Shown piece by piece: positions 60,951-64,000 of a stretch of DNA of 64,000 nt. The position numbers and the translations under genes were made by a program. The notes under the pieces are model-generated. The model was given only the letters and a program-made list of their open reading frames with translations. It did not search any database and was not told the origin of the DNA. The stretch lies in the NCBI RefSeq assembly GCF_009914755.1, contig NC_060932.1; one strand, 5' to 3'. Source of the stretch: the human T2T-CHM13v2.0 reference genome, Homo sapiens. The first letter of the stretch is position 1. Each line of letters begins with the position of its first letter.

Positions 60951-61952
60951 AGAGTTGTGACCTTGCACAACTGCACCAAAGCTATGAAATGAGAATGAGA
61001 CCTGAGATCACTGGCTGAAAAAAGTACAAGAAAAGCATGATATAATAGGACAACAAGTACAGTCCCACCAAGATCAGGCTGATTAGGCTCTCAAACACAT
61101 TAAACGGACACTGTCAATTCTTTTTTCCTTTTCCTTTTGGAAGACCTTTTTCAGAGAACTCTTCAATTAATACATCAGTTACAGCACAATTTTCATCCAA
61201 ACCCTCTGGACCCTGTATTGTGCCTGCCAGATTGAACACCTGTCCATTATTTGATACTTGACCCAGTCACCGTGGGAAGGTTTAATTCCAGATCTTGCCG
61301 CCTCCAGTCCACTCAAGCTTGCAGCGAGGAACATGTCTACTTAAGGCTGCATGAGGAACTAGACTCAGACAAATGATCTTATATCCTTGACTGTATTCTA
61401 CCAGCATAAATTTCTGATGGTTATATTTTCCAAACTTGACTCCCAGTTCAGGAGGCACCCTTTTATGGGACTTATAAAACTCCATGCTCTGATTACAATG
61501 ATAACATTTTAAACTTCAAATGTGCCCTTTATTAAAATATTTAGAACGGAGCGTATTGTAGATATCAAGGAAAGGGGTTGTTAAGAACAGTCTTCGTTCC
61601 ACACAACTAGCAGAGCTTCCTCAGGTGGAGGTAATCAAATTCCTTCCTGAAATGCTGGTTTCAATGTCATCTCAGGCAGAGTCCTGAAAAACTAGAAAGT
61701 TTATTTGCACATAACGTAGGTCTCAGAAATTTCAATGGAGAAGCATTTTAAAATTAATAAAACTAAAACAGTTTTACTAGTGAGTTATCCTAAGTATTCC
61801 CATTATTGATGTAACTAGCAGAAAGTTTACATTAATAGATGATCAATAAATAGTTCCACCTTCACACACACTTTCTGGGAAAGATTCTGACAATATGAAC
61901 TAGAAAAATAAGGGTAAAGGTGGATAAAGAAAAAGAGGAAGAAAAGAAAAAT

Positions 61953-62455
61953 TGAGGTGCTTTGTAATGTGTCAACTTGGGTAGGCCGAACTACAGTTCC
62001 CAGAATTCCTTTTGCCTTATGTTTTCCATTAGGAGCAGTTGGCAGGCAGAAAGGAAGTGGCAGCCATCTTTGCAGCTCTCCCATGCTGTCACGTATCTCG
62101 TTGGCCTTAAGATAGTGGCTAAGCCTCCAGCTGTTTCACTTCCCTTTGGATATAATTTGGAGCCTCGTTTAGCACATTACAAATGGGTCTGGCTTCTGTA
62201 GGACACCCACATCAACCAAGGTCAGAGGCAACAAGAACTGACACAGGTTTCAGTCCGTCCTCATAGATTCCAGCTCCTGCTTCTATTACGCTCATCTACT
62301 CTCTCGCTTAACTGCAGTTCGTACTTCAAGCTCCAACATCATCCCTGGAGACAGCTGCCTTTCAAAGAGTACTTAACCAGCTCCCACAGTTGCATTAAGT
62401 CAAATCCCTTATATATCCTAGAAGCTCTGCTTCTATGATTGAACTCTGCCTGTAA
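61953..62455 (+). mobile_element. MLT2-family (ERVL) LTR
   Basis: gctttgtaatgtgtcaacttgg.taggc.gaactaca.ttcccagaattcc...gctctgcttct..gattgaac. Confidence 0.7.
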
Positions 62456-64000
62456 CTCTGAGGCTCCTGGACAGGAAAGTCGAATGCCTCAGAAGGAATT
62501 TTGTCACTGCACCATTATTTCTTCCTCCCAGAGCTCTCTGTTCTTTTGCTCACATCTGGATTGCTCTCCCTCTAGGCCTGCTACATGAGGCATGTAAAAA
62601 GTAATACTGATAGACATTTGGCAGATACTCCCAAATGTGTAGCTTCAGGTTCCACACAACCTATGTCCTCCCCTGCATACTAGTTAAGATAAAATGAAAC
62701 GCTTATTCACTACTCATCTTTTCAGAGCTTTCTCACCTATGTGTTTGGATTTTTTTCCCCTCTGATTCTCAAACTAATTTTAGATTGGTTCCCTAGCAGG
62801 AAGAGTACAAAGATGTTTTCTTTTTTTTTTTCTGCCACAAAAAATAAAAAGTGTTCTTGCTGAGGAATATGTTTGTTTTTCTTTCTGTGTGTTTGCAAGG
62901 ACTGTGGACTGGCATTTATTTTATGCTTCTGAATAATAACATCTTTCTTATTAAAGAAGAATCTCCCCAGAAGGTCACATGTCATTAAAAAAACAATTTT
63001 AACCAAATACACGTAAATTCTAATAGAAAACAGATTTTTTACCCGTAACACATGAAGAAGAAATTTAGCTATATTGTATAAAAATATGTAGGGAAAAAAG
63101 AACACAAGAGCTCGTGTTAAGTAAAACCACATTTTAAAATACGCCTTTAGGAACACGGAAGATGGAAGGTATCAGAAGATACTTGCTTTCATTCTACTCC
63201 TCGGTGATGATGTATCTGCTTTTTTTTTTTTTTTTTTGGATGAATTTGCAGTGTATCTTTTCATCCTGATGCCTAAATCCAGTCTCTATATGTACCTCTT
63301 TTCTCCAGTTTTTAGACTTTTAAAATATTATCTTTTCATGAAGAATTCAACTAATTGGAAAATGCGTGATTCCTACCACTATGACAATATCTGAAAGTAG
63401 AATCCTCAGGGTTGCAAGCTATTCTGACAAAATTTCTGAACTCTAGCAGAAAATGTAAAAATATACATTTGACAAAAATATATTTGCCCATTTGAATTTA
63501 AATTTTGTCTTTTTTTTACTCAGTTTTTATTTCTTAGAAAAAGGAAGACAATCTAAATATAATTCCCTGAGATATAGTTTCCTTTCACTTCAAAATAACT
63601 GTACATTAGGTTGAGAGACAAAAAAATTCATTGTCTACAATTACACATACTTTCTGATTAATCTGTTGGTTAGCCCACATTTAGTTCATCAGGCACAACT
63701 TATTTTTCTGCATGTGCATTTGGGACAATAACCGGGCATATGAAACCTTTAAAATTTACATTTAAAAATTTATATTTGCACTTGGATAACTTTGCCAATA
63801 ACTAGAACTCCCTCAAAAACAAAGGCTAGGTCCCTGACTCCTATAGGCATGACCAAGAGTATACTACAAAATGATTCCTCTGAGACTGAAATGTTTTTTT
63901 CCTGCTTCCCCCTCAGAGACACATTGTGGAAAAATTCTAGAACTTTTAGAATAGACATTGTGTGCTTGACTCCAGCGATCAAAGATTCTGAAATATTGAG

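Noticed and set aside
62737-63156. 139-aa minus-strand ORF upstream of FGL1
   Set aside because: F/K/L/I-rich composition typical of chance AT-rich frames, a non-ATG start and no recognisable domain.

Overview
This is primate genomic DNA, almost certainly human (Alu/L1PA/THE1-rich, AT-rich, CpG-depleted). It contains the complete FGL1 gene (fibrinogen-like 1 / hepassocin, a secreted liver fibrinogen-domain protein and LAG-3 ligand) on the minus strand. I reconstructed seven coding exons with GT-AG boundaries: 49044-48982, 45669-45489, 38027-37868, 37622-37525, 32510-32422, 32241-32054 and 28257-28098. They total 939 nt (312 aa plus TAA). The AATAAA is at 27912-27917, and a probable non-coding first exon (~59014-58937) ends at a GC-type donor. 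Bases 1-27.8 kb are repeat-dense DNA with no recognisable gene. Nearly all ORFs in the supplied track are Alu/L1/microsatellite artefacts. I see no evidence of a new multi-gene system. The observations most worth following up are: a compact FGL1 leader (GC-AG donor with competing GT donors, a uORF, AP-1 and CTGGGAA motifs); a ~555-bp spaced duplication in intron 1 that starts inside an Alu tail; a 1-kb AT minisatellite next to a 4-copy array built from an Alu tail plus its flank; two template-switch hairpins inside repeats; and a twin-primed L1. Repeat subfamily names come from recalled consensus sequences and boundaries are by eye, not from a RepeatMasker run.
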